Assembly (NCBI GenBank): GCA_030248215.1
Contig: JASANG010003338.1
Span: forward strand, 124,001-188,000
DNA: 64,000 bases
Source of the DNA: Enoplolaimus lenunculus
Taxonomy: Eukaryota
Direction: 5' to 3'
Within the stretch, counting starts at the first letter, position 1, and the number at the start of each line of letters is the position of its first letter. The notes below the pieces were generated by a model, which saw only the letters and a list, made by a program, of their open reading frames with translations, was not told the DNA's origin and ran no database searches. The position numbers were made by a program, and so were the translations under genes. Shown here piece after piece: positions 42,201 through 52,635 of this stretch.

Positions 42201-45200
42201 CCATAAATGTGAATTATCCCTAATTCTAGTGCATAAATGACTCCAGGACCAAACAAAGTTGAGTTCGAAACTTTAAAGCATAAGTACTCAAGTTTTAACT
42301 GTAACATTCCAAAGTAACATTCCATTATCGCTCAAGCTTTTGATGCAATTCAAAAAACGTTTAATTCAACGGATAGGAGTTGCAATACCGGATATATATC
42401 TGCAACGCAGACTGACGGAGGGCAGGTTGAAAATAAAGAAAAATCCGTAACCGAATAACAGGGGTACCCTCTGGAGAGGCCAAATAAATATCAACCCCCT
42501 CTCTTTTTGGGTCACTACAGTATGTACAGCATATACAACTCTAGATTAATTTAAGTTCAGGTATTCTGAAACGTATACATCATTATGCATTGGAAAAGAA
42601 CGAATATTTTACTTAATTTGGTATGCTTATCAGGCAGCGACGCTAGGTACTATATTCTACATATTGTGCAGTACAGCTAAAGTCGGCTGGATTGTTTTCT
42701 GAGATATACGAGGTTTAACAGACCTCAGCATTACTGAAACTCCTAGAATGTACCTTTTGTACGGTACACCAAATTCTAACCAGCGTGACAAGTAACAAGC
42801 CAACCTGCCTGTAATTGTCATGCACTCTTTAAGTAGTGTATCCAACAAAACTATTGGAGCGACTCACAGAATCTGTACAAAGAGCAACTAATTTTATATA
42901 TTAAGGACAAATTATAGCACCATAAGACCATTAATAACGTTAAATGCATTAATACAAGCATATGCAAAAGACTAAACACAACTGCATATGAACTATAGTT
43001 GCGTAAATACAGTTATGATGAGAAGCGGACTTGGCCGGTATCTGGATTGCTGCGATCTGGTATGGCCTGCTTTGCACTCGGTCTACGGATTGCTGCGGTT
43101 CGTCCTGTTCCGGTCTACACCCGACACGGGCCGGACAGCTTCGGATTCGGAGCAGCGCGGCCCGATAGTTATGGCTGATTATAGTAATGTTACTGTAACG
43201 AATGTCCGAGCCAATCCAGCGTCAAGCTGTCCGGTCCATGGTCCGGGTTTTTTTGCGGTTCGAACCACACTGCTAATATAACATAATGTGATGAACGGAA
43301 ACCTTGAATGATGCACACACAAAAAAGTATTTCTGAATTAATTCAGAAAAGTGTTTTCTGTGGCAAATCTGAAAAGTGTTGCTGATATTTAAGACAATTT
43401 TTCTAAAAATAACTGGAAAACGTTTATTTTCAGACTTTATTTCAAAACATATTTGAAAACATTTCTATTATAACAGAAATACTTTTCAAGTGCACCTTGC
43501 TAATTATATTGCGCAAATGCAAGACATTTTTTCTTAAATATCACAAATATTATTTTGAGTGTACAAGGCAAAAACAAATTGAATTTGAACAAATGAAATT
43601 TGCAGTCAAGCCCATCTATTCGAAAAGGATCCAGTTTTCCTGAATTAACCGATGGAACTTGCGGAAACGATTCTTCCAGCAAAGTGAACAAACCACCAGA
43701 TCGCGGATGGGTCGAACTATCACTGCAGTATTGCCTTGCAGATGAACTTTTATTAATTAATGTTCACGCATGTAGACAGCTACCGCTCAGTGTGTACGGA
43801 ACTGCAAATGATGTCTATATTAAAGTCATCATGATACGTGACCAGAGACGGTATGTTGCATGCAGGCTGTGTTATGTTGTCAAAACGAATTTTGTCTTTC
43901 ACAGTATCATATTAAACTTAAGTTTTTGATTAACTTAAAACGATGCTTTTTCAAGTTCATCGCTTTATATTCAGAAGTACACTTCTGATGAACCTAATTT
44001 TTCACAAGGTAATTGCCTGGTAAAACTGCTTCAGCTTAGCTTGCTAACTGAACGCATAATATTTTGAGTCTGTTGCAACGGCGCAAAAAAACTAGCAAAT
44101 TGAATTTTGGTTCTGGCGAGTGGCTGGCTTTGCCAATTCCTATTAAGGTAAGTTTTCATGTACCTTATGCACGGTTTTTGCCGAAAAATTTGCCGCTGAG
44201 TAAGTGTTTCATTATATACTAAACTTTGTAGGCGTTGGGGAACTCGATCAAACATTAGCATGGATGACTTAGAACGCGACAAAAACTGCGGAAACTTTCA
44301 AGTAAATGAGTTCAAAACAAAAGTGGTTCGTCGTACGGTCAATCCGGTGTTCAACGATACGTTCGATGTTTTTCTTAAAGATCGCGATCGCAAATACACA
44401 TCACTAAAATTGCTTACGTACACAAGCGACAGGTATTCAAGTCAAACATTCTATTCGTAATATAACCTACAGAAACACTGAAAACAGCGCATAAAAACGG
44501 ACCCTAAAGGCACATATTCAAAGGATGCTCAAATTACTAGTCCGCGTGCTCAGGGTGGGATGTGCGTAAGAATTTTTTACCCGACCCGTGCTCTACCCAG
44601 GCAAATAAGAGTTTTTACCCACCGGTTTACCCGCGCTAAAAGATCTACCCACGACCCACCTTTTACCCACCCCTAAAGTTAAACCGTATTTTCAAAATTG
44701 CTGGTGATTTGCACTTAAATGAACTTTTGCGTTACAGCTCCAATGTATCTTACACCTGAAAGCTTACAAGAAACAACAAAACTTCAAACCAAGTAAATAA
44801 AGCGCAGAACTTTTGGTTTTTCAGCGCTCGCTGACAAGCATAGTTAATTGCTTATATTTTTCACCTCAACTCTTAAAGGCTTGGCGCGGGTAAAAACTGT
44901 CAATTTTTTATCCGCGTGATACAAATCTTTACCGGCGAGTATACCCACGGTTAAAATTCTTTGGCCGACCCGGGTTTACCCGCGAGTAAAGCCCCATTCT
45001 GCGTGTGCTCAGCTCAGATAGAACTTCCGAATAAAGCAAAATGACGAATTTAACCGTAGGTATACTAAAGACTGAAACGTTAATGCTTCTATATAATGCA
45101 GTGAGAAATATTAGTGGATTAATAACGTTTTTGCTTCCCATTCCAGCGATGATAGTTACAACCACTACGGTGTGGCGTTGTCTTTTCTCACTGCGGCTAA

Positions 45201-48200
45201 TAACAAAGTTACAAAAATTGAAACACGTCTCTGTCAGACTCAAACTAAATGATGCTCAATAGCGACTTCTACTCAGTAAAATGTACTGTACATGTTACGA
45301 ATAAAATCTTTTTTTTGAAAAACGTTCATGATAGTTTAGTATACAAAGGCGACTTAACCGAACTATATTAGCTGAAGTTTATATAAACACCAGTATGAAT
45401 CCAACATTGGAAACATAAACTGTAAGTTTATAAATAACTGATCCTGGACTTTTTGTATAATAACTCCTGTGTTAAAAACTAACATATGGGGCTGTTGCGG
45501 CTCAAAGCCGTTAAGATGTTAGTGATTAACGTGCCACACTGTTGAACATTCAACGTTTTTTGTATACTTTACACAAAAATCAAATGCGGTCTCAAACCTG
45601 AAATTGTGTTCCAGGTACTCGTACCAAAAGGTGTCTGGGGAAACAAATCTAACGTTACGAAAACTGGATTTACAAAAACGAAAATACTTCGAGTTACCAC
45701 TCGCTGACGTTAAACAGGTAAATGCAACAAGCTTTAAACCGATGTTTTCCATGCTGTTTTTGTACCAACACCAGCAATGTTACAAGCAGTAGCGGATCCA
45801 AGATTTCTCGGTGGGATGATCCAAGGCTTAGCGAGCGTCCGGTCAGACGCATGTTTTTGTATTCAAACTCCTCGAACACTTTACTTTTGGACACAGTACA
45901 CTTTTATAAGTTGTCATTCAGCGCAAAGCCCTTTTAGGCTAGTTCACTCCAATCGGTGCTTTGGGGTATTTACGTAGCAGTATATTTGTGTAAGCCGGCT
46001 ATGTGAAAGCCTGTGGAATGAATACTCGCGAGCGAAGCAAGCGAGACCAGACGAAAGTTAGTTTAGTCACAATGCAAATTTTTAATTTTATGTTTCTCCG
46101 CTGAGAGATCCGATACCTAGATCCCTCGTTGATCCGCGCTAGGTTACAAGTATAGCACTAAGGAAAGGTTAAACAAACAACGTGATATTTCGTCATCAAA
46201 ACGATGGTATTTTTACATTTGCAAGTCTTTCCGCGTATTATTCCTCTATTGCATAATTTTTCCCTTAAGATATACAATGTTTTTTCTGCGGAATTTATTC
46301 CGCCTTCAGGTTTCAAGGCCATAATTCTATTAATAAGAATATTGGTTTCTGTAAGCATCAAATTTTATACTTCAGATTTTAAAATGATCAGCATCCGACT
46401 CAATTGTAGAAACCGTTTGGGGCAAATGTTACTTTAAAGAATGTCCCATTTTCCCGGGACAGCAATGTACCATCAGTACATTCAAAAAATATAATTGGGA
46501 CAGCGGAACAGTTGGGACAGATGAGACAGTGGGACAGATGGGACAGTTGGGACAGCTGGGACAGATGGGACAGATGGAACAGTTGGGACAGATGGGACTG
46601 TTGGGGCAGATGGGACAGTTGGGACAGATGGGACAGTTGGGATAGATGGAACAGTTGGGACAGTTGGGACAAATGGGACAGTTGGGACAGATGGGACAGA
46701 TCGACAGTTGGGACAGATGGGTCACTTGAGACAGATGGGACAGTTGGGACAAACGGGACAGATGGGACAGTTGGCACAGATGGGACAGATGGAATAGTTG
46801 GGACAAATGAGACAGTTGGGACACTTAGGACAGATGGGACAGTTGGGACAAACGGGACAGATGGGACAGTTGGGACAGATGGACAGTTGGGACAGATGCG
46901 ACAGTTGGGACACTTGGGACAGATGGGACAGTTGGGACAAACGGGACAGATGGGACAGTTGAGACAGATGGGACAGTTGTGACAGATGGGACAGCTGAGA
47001 CAGTTGGGGCAGATGGGACAGTTCGGATACTTGGGACAGATGGGACAGATTCACACGTACAAGTTTTTGCAGCAAAAACATACAGCTGCAACTTGCATAA
47101 TTTAAGTTTGAATTTATATTAATTGAATTCGTACATGTGAGTGCAGGTGCAAATCGCTTGACGTTCTTGCATCTGCATCTCGGTCTGTCATTACCAAACT
47201 GTTACCCTATTCGCTCGTGCAACGTTTGCAAGCAAGAACACACTGCTGCAACTTGCACGAGTTGCTTCCAGCTGCAAATATTTGCAACTAGACACCATTT
47301 TCGTTCTGAACGTAGACACGAATTTATATGAAAAATTTGCGGACGAGTACCATACATATCAAGCATAAGCTATATTCAACTTGTAATGCTATTCATATAT
47401 GTAAAGTGCATTATTCCTGGCGTAAATTTATCATGAATAATTTGCAAGGTTCTCCTAATGAATTTTCAAACAAAACTTGCAGCTGCAAGTTTCACATTCA
47501 CGCGCAAATAAGGCTTACTCGAAATTTCTTAAACTGAAACTGCTTTCAAAACCTACAATTTCTGTATAGTTGAACAGATGCAAAACTAGTACATACCACA
47601 ATGTCTTAACTGCGAAACTCGAACAGGTTTGACATTTGAATTAATTCAATTTACATGAATAAATTAAAAAACTCTGAAATAATCCAGAAGCGCTCAACAA
47701 CATGTTTTCCGAATGGTCAGTCAAAAAACAGATGCCAGAAATTCAAGCGACTTGCAACTGCTTTCACACGTGCGAACTAAATTTATTTAGGAGCACGAAT
47801 TACATTGAATAATTTGCTGCTGCAAGTATATATACTTTAAAACTGTTTTGTGGCACGTGTGAATTAGGTTTTAAACAGAAATTATATTGGTATAAAACCG
47901 ATTTCAAAAGCCTTCTTTACGCATGAAAGTTTCTTGCAGCTGAAGCTTGCAATTACAAGTTTTTTAAATTCATTCGAAGAACTTGTACTGTAGTGATACG
48001 AATAAGAGGTGGATTTATATTTATTTGGCCTCTCGAGAGGGTACCCCAGTTATTCTGTTACGGATTATTTATTTTTAACCAGTCCGCCCTGCGCCGCCCT
48101 TCGTTACTGATATATATCCGGGATTGCAACTAACCGTTGAATTAATTGTTTATTTGTCTTACATCAAAAATTTGAGCGATGTCGCAAGGTTATACTTAGG

Positions 48201-50678
48201 AATACACTTTCAAAACTTCGTATACTTTAAAGATTCGAACTTAACATTATTTGGTCCTGGAAACATTTATTCACTACAATTAGGGATAATTGACATTTAT
48301 GAACTCTAATTAGCGTTTATGGACTTCATTCGCTTACAGACTCTTATTAGGGATACGGACTCCTATTGATTGAGACTCGGAGTGGAGACACTCCTGACCC
48401 CTCTTATTACACCATCTTATTTGGGTCACTACAGTAGGTGCAATTTGTTAATGATGAATTTACACCTATATAATTTCCAGAACCTTGGCGAATTGTTTAT
48501 TTGTCTCAGTTATTTACCAACAGCAGAACGTCTTACGGTGAACATTATGAAAGCTGTTGGCCTTAAATTTCGTAGTTTGACTAAAAAGCAGATAAGTAAG
48601 TTTATATATAACTTTTATATGTTTGTTTGTAATGCTAAATATATGATCGTCAGCCACCGTTTGAACAGGTAATTTTTAATCTTTTTAAAAATCAGCACGA
48701 AACTACACTGTATAAAATGGTTAGTCAAATTGACTCTCTCCGAAACAGGCTTTTCCGGACTACACAAACTAGGTCAAAATACGACTCCGCCAGAGTCAAA
48801 TTAGACTCACGGAGACCAATTTTTGCAGTGTATCGTAATTGAAGTTGCTCGCAAAAGTGCATTGCATATAACTGAAGAATGTTTCGATAAGCGCACGGGT
48901 TATTTTTTCTGCCAGGAAGGCTTCAAATCGTGTGCACATCTGAAATCTTAACTATATTGTATAACATTGAACGAATGTATATAATAGGCTCTAAATTGCG
49001 ATTATTTATTTGTACTCAGATACTTAAACCAAATATTCGCCTAGCCAGCAGCATATTGATTGCACACCTTTATACTGTACTTTGAGTAACACCGAAAAAA
49101 TAACCTAGCTGTTAGGTTCTTAAAATAGAATTTAAGACTACATATTTACTTCTCAAAAGTATAACATAAAACTCTATAATATTTAACTATTATTATAGAG
49201 TGTAAAAATCCGACCTTTTTACACTACTATTTGTAACTAAAATCACTAGATTTCGCCACAGTGCATTTTGTTTAAAATGACATAAATAATAACTTCAAGC
49301 AATACAGTTACCAAAACGTCAGCATAAACAAAACTGTAACAAACTACTAGCAAATTCATACTAAGCGTGATGATTACATTTTACTTGTCAACATATCTAT
49401 ATACTTAAATATCCGGCTCTGCTCTGGCAACTGCCAGAGTAGTTGTTGAACCCTGTTTGCTAATGATGACTCAATACTAAGGAAGTGCCTGATGGTAACA
49501 AAAGCGAAATCGGATTGAAGGATTGTGGTACTCTTTTGGTAAACCTTATGTACCTAATTTGCTTCAGATCCTTATGTACGGGTTGCGTTGATACTGAGAA
49601 CGAAAACAATCGAGCGACACAAAACAGAACCTCATACTGGTACAAATAATCCTGTGTTCAATGATACAATGACATTTGATTTGCGTCCTAATGATATTGA
49701 ACGTGTAACCTTGGTGTTAACAGTTCATCACAAAAACGAGGTACTAAAAATCTATGTGAGCTATATTAACGTAGGTGTAGTTGATGCGTTTGAACGCGTG
49801 TATACTGCATGGCCTTTAAGATTTTCAGGTGCTCCTTTAGCTTAAATTTTTATAGAACCTCTTGGATAACCTTGAGTTGAACCGTAATTGAGCTTAGAAC
49901 ACTATATTTTTGGTTGCGCAATTTTTGTGTTTATCACGTTCGCAATTTTGGCACACACAAGCGATATCAAATCTTAATATATGTTAGTTAATTATAATAA
50001 TGTTCCATAAGTTTCTATTGTACAGTGTGAAAGCGACAGTAAGCAAGGATCTGCGGAACCACATTCTATGACAGATTCCTGCTATAGTTCTGGGAACGAA
50101 CAGCAACGCTTCCGAGCTCGTTCAACGCCACCGTCGGGATCTGGCCGCAGGAGACGGAAAAGCGCTGGTGACCGGGACAGTGCAAGTCATCGTACAGTTT
50201 CTCCAGTCTCATTGAAAACTGGTAATCAGATCTAAGGACGTATTTTTAGGTAGCTCGTCTCAGTACAACTGTAGTACTCTTTACTTAAATTCTAGCTAAT
50301 TATATGACTTAAAGTTGTGTTTGTTCTGAAATTTTGAAATAAAAATAAGTACTTATATAGTTTTGAATCAGCACTGAATAATTATGTACAACTTACGTAC
50401 ACAATCACTATGTCACAATCATAATGTCATGTACAGGTTTATATAGAAAAGACAGCACAGTTTCAATGGAATATGTGAAATTTATCTATTGTATATTTTT
50501 AGAAGCTATCAAACAATCACAGTCTCAGGCAACCGGTTCGAACACCTCAAAATCAGTTTCTGTAATTGGTCGCGTTATATTGGGACAAAATGCAGAAGCG
50601 GAAGGAAAATCACACTGGGCTGAGGTTTTCGCGTTTCCCAGACAACAAATTTGCCGCTATCACAAATTAGAATCTTAA
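36237..50678 (+). CDS. Synaptotagmin-family protein (N-terminal TM, tandem C2A/C2B), probably Ca2+-independent; C2B start resembles Syt12/Syt-alpha-type members
   Basis: Exons 36237-36432 (ATG, TM VYILIGCAGLVTGTFIIMIC, Cys cluster), 37807-37971, 39017-39180, 43606-43850 (RGWVELSLQY..DVYIKV), 44259-44432 (KTKVVRRTVNPVFNDTF), 45615-45717, 48481-48595 (LGELFICLSYLPTAERLTV), 49568-49740 (NPYVRV..NPVFNDTMTF), 50026-50221, 50503-50678 (IGRVILG..HWAEVFAFPRQQICRYHKL*). All junctions are GT-AG and in phase. Confidence 0.92.
36570..36903. mobile_element. CTGTAG-MITE, left-truncated forward copy, nested in another degenerate repeat (~36460-37600)
   Basis: Matches the right three quarters of 30112-30564 and ends GGGTCACTACAG-TA. 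Confidence 0.75.
38084..38359. mobile_element. piggyBac-type (TTAA) MITE, copy 3 (inverted)
   Basis: Reverse complement of copies 1 and 2, TTAA on both sides; A box TAGCTGAGTGG 38250-38260, B box GAGTTCGAATCC 38292-38303. Confidence 0.85.
39460..40740. mobile_element. Old non-autonomous DNA element with GGAAAAAGTG subterminal repeat clusters at both ends
   Basis: GAAAAAGTGGCCC-like motifs at 39535-39716 mirrored by GGGGCCACTTTT and CACTTTTTTGTGAC at 40540-40736; boundaries uncertain. Confidence 0.4.
41267..41899. mobile_element. CTGTAG-MITE, reverse copy with a ~200-bp internal tandem duplication
   Basis: Both TIRs and TA flanks present; ~41420-41620 is repeated at ~41625-41825. Confidence 0.85.
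42076..42522. mobile_element. CTGTAG-MITE, forward copy
   Basis: TA-CTGTAGTGACCCGAATAAGAGGGG ... GGGTCACTACAG-TA. Confidence 0.85.
44551..45001. mobile_element. hAT-type non-autonomous element
   Basis: CAGGGTGGG...CCCATTCTG imperfect TIR; 8-bp TSD CGCGTGCT/CGTGTGCT (7/8); clustered subterminal ACCCG/CGGGT motifs. Confidence 0.7.
46495..47050. repeat. 9-bp minisatellite (GGGACAGTT/GGGACAGAT)n, about 60 units
   Basis: Directly visible tandem array; explains the cluster of low-complexity ORFs at 46400-47091. Confidence 0.97.
47986..48436. mobile_element. CTGTAG-MITE, reverse copy ending 44 nt before a synaptotagmin exon
   Basis: TA-CTGTAGTGATACGAATAAGAGG ... TTGGGTCACTACAG-TA. Confidence 0.85.
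48704..48832. mobile_element. Internally deleted copy of the CACTG fold-back MITE
   Basis: Left arm matches 34882-34975; ends TTTTTGCAGTG-TA. A further fragment lies near 39219-39262. Confidence 0.75.
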
Positions 50679-50781
50679 TTGTTCGTTATTTTGATTTACA
50701 AATACCTAAATGTTGACATCTTTGTATTTTCGTGCCCTATATAGCATTTTCTGTGACAGAAGGTGTCAAATTTACTTTACC

Positions 50782-50787
50782 AATAAA
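50782..50787 (+). terminator. Probable polyadenylation signal of the synaptotagmin gene
   Basis: AATAAA about 100 nt after the stop codon. Confidence 0.5.
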
Positions 50788-51220
50788 TACGACTTTCGGC
50801 TTTAAATTTCAAAATAATCAGCCCACTACGTCCATAGCACAGCCCATGTAAGATCAGGGGCCGACCGTTTTCAGATCTTGCAAAAAAGGCGTAACGGTTG
50901 CAAATTTTTGTGAAAGATTATCCCTGATGATATGCTGATTAGGCAGACAAAACGGCGAGCGATAAATTCATTTTGTGTCACTTTCCTTTCTGTAGTCTAA
51001 TAAGAATAGCTGTTGAAGTGTTTAAATTCGTCCAATTTTCTGTAGTTATCAGGGTGCAACCGGAGGTGAAAAATACCGGAGCCGGAGGTCAACAAAACTT
51101 GCCGGAGCCAGAAGTGAGGCGAAATTAGAAAGCAAAAATGATGGTTAATTAGTTAATTTTAGCCCATATCTGCAACATGTTGTTGAATTGTTTGGTTGTA
51201 CGCTAATTTTCTGCGAAACG

Positions 51221-51755
51221 TCGGAAATTCTTTCCTGAATATTGTGAAAAAGTAAAACGAAACGCAATAAACAGTAAACAGATAAATTTTTCAAAATTAG
51301 GCAAAATTGGACTACCGAAATTGGCGGAACCTCCGGCAAAAATTCTACCGGAGCTGGAGATTGATTTTCTGCCGGAGCCGGAGGCAGACCTCCAGTTGTA
51401 CCCTGGTAGTTGTAAATTTCAGTTTTAATGTGTTCTTCCAAGGTATAACAGGAGGTGAAAAACAACAAAGCCAAAGCTCATGCATAATTATATTGTCGGA
51501 AATTCTTTTCTGAATATTGTGAAAAAGTAAAACGAAACGCGCTAAACAGTAAACAGATAAATTTTTCAAAATTAGGCAAAATTGGACTATCGAAATTGCC
51601 GGAACCTCCGGCAAAAATTCTACCGGAGCTGGAGATTGATTTTCTGCCGGAGCCGGAGGCAGACCTCCAGCTGTACTCTGGTAGTTGTAAATTTCAGTTT
51701 TAATGTGTTTTTCCAAGGTATAACAGGAGGTGAAAAACAACAAAGCCAAAGCTCA
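51221..51755. repeat. Tandem duplication with 275-bp period inside a CCGGAG-rich dispersed element (~51050-51760)
   Basis: 51221-51480 is nearly identical to 51496-51755; element start AGGGTGCAACCGGA (51051) recurs at 63901 and, inverted, near 25400-25462. Confidence 0.9.
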
Positions 51756-51857
51756 AGCAAAATTATACGGTTTAGTGTTCCAATCGTCATAATTTTGCTA
51801 ATACTGCAAAAAGCAAAACTAAACACTCATTTCGAACGCAAAACTTCTCAAAAACAT

Positions 51858-51863
51858 TTTATT
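51858..51863 (-). terminator. Possible polyadenylation signal of the LDLR-family gene
   Basis: AATAAA on the - strand about 770 nt after the stop, just before the intergenic repeat. Confidence 0.35.
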
Positions 51864-52635
51864 ATATAACTGATATTGAACTATAGCACAACATACATTA
51901 CAATAAATACTACGTCATTCAAAACTCGTATGTCGCAAAATGTTAGATACAAAGACGTTGGCTCATGTTACTTTAACTGGCGTCCAGGTTTCTGGTGGGT
52001 GCTTAAAACAGTAGGTTGAAAACACATTTTTCACTTGTCGTAAATGAACACAATAAACAATACAAACGAAACTTCCTCATAATCCGAAGTGCAGTTATTA
52101 GACATGAAACAATATATAGATACCTCCTTTCCAATTATTTGGATGCTGCGATACCATGGCAACTGCAATGAACTAGAAAAAAATATGCCTTACTAATAAT
52201 TACCATCTGGTCAAAATTAATTTAAACCTGTTACCTTCAAGCCGCGTTCAACACGTCACTTTTACACATAACCCGGGTGCAACCAGATATATTTTCCTGT
52301 GTTCGGTAAATCAGTTTCTTTCCATTTCTGTCATAGAAATATCGAAAATTCTGTTACAGCTCTAGATTATTATCCGTTTACACCCATTACATATGTCTGC
52401 AAAAGCCGAAAACGTTTCACAAAATATACCACAATTAGTTTTCAGGTGCACAAATAACTTTAACTTATTCACAAGCATTACAAAAATATGTACAAATATA
52501 ATAAAAGTTAAAGCTGATAAATATAATACAGATTCACAAAAAGTGTAAACAAAAACTGTGTTGAACTGCAGTAATGAACTATAACAACTGCAGTAAACCT
52601 TTTAAGTATGGTTGAAAATTACAACACATTACTTA

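Noticed and set aside
46400..47091. Collagen-like (GTD/GQM), CxxC-rich (CPICPN) and WD-rich ORFs
   Set aside because: All are translations of the 9-bp minisatellite; the frame shifts within the array and there is no supporting gene structure.
50860..50960. Penelope-type hammerhead (CTGATGA at 50924)
   Set aside because: The GAAA core reads CAAAAC and stems I and III are not properly placed.
51145..51869. Duplicated 68-134-aa ORFs
   Set aside because: They lie in a tandemly duplicated repeat, are open on both strands and show no recognisable domain.
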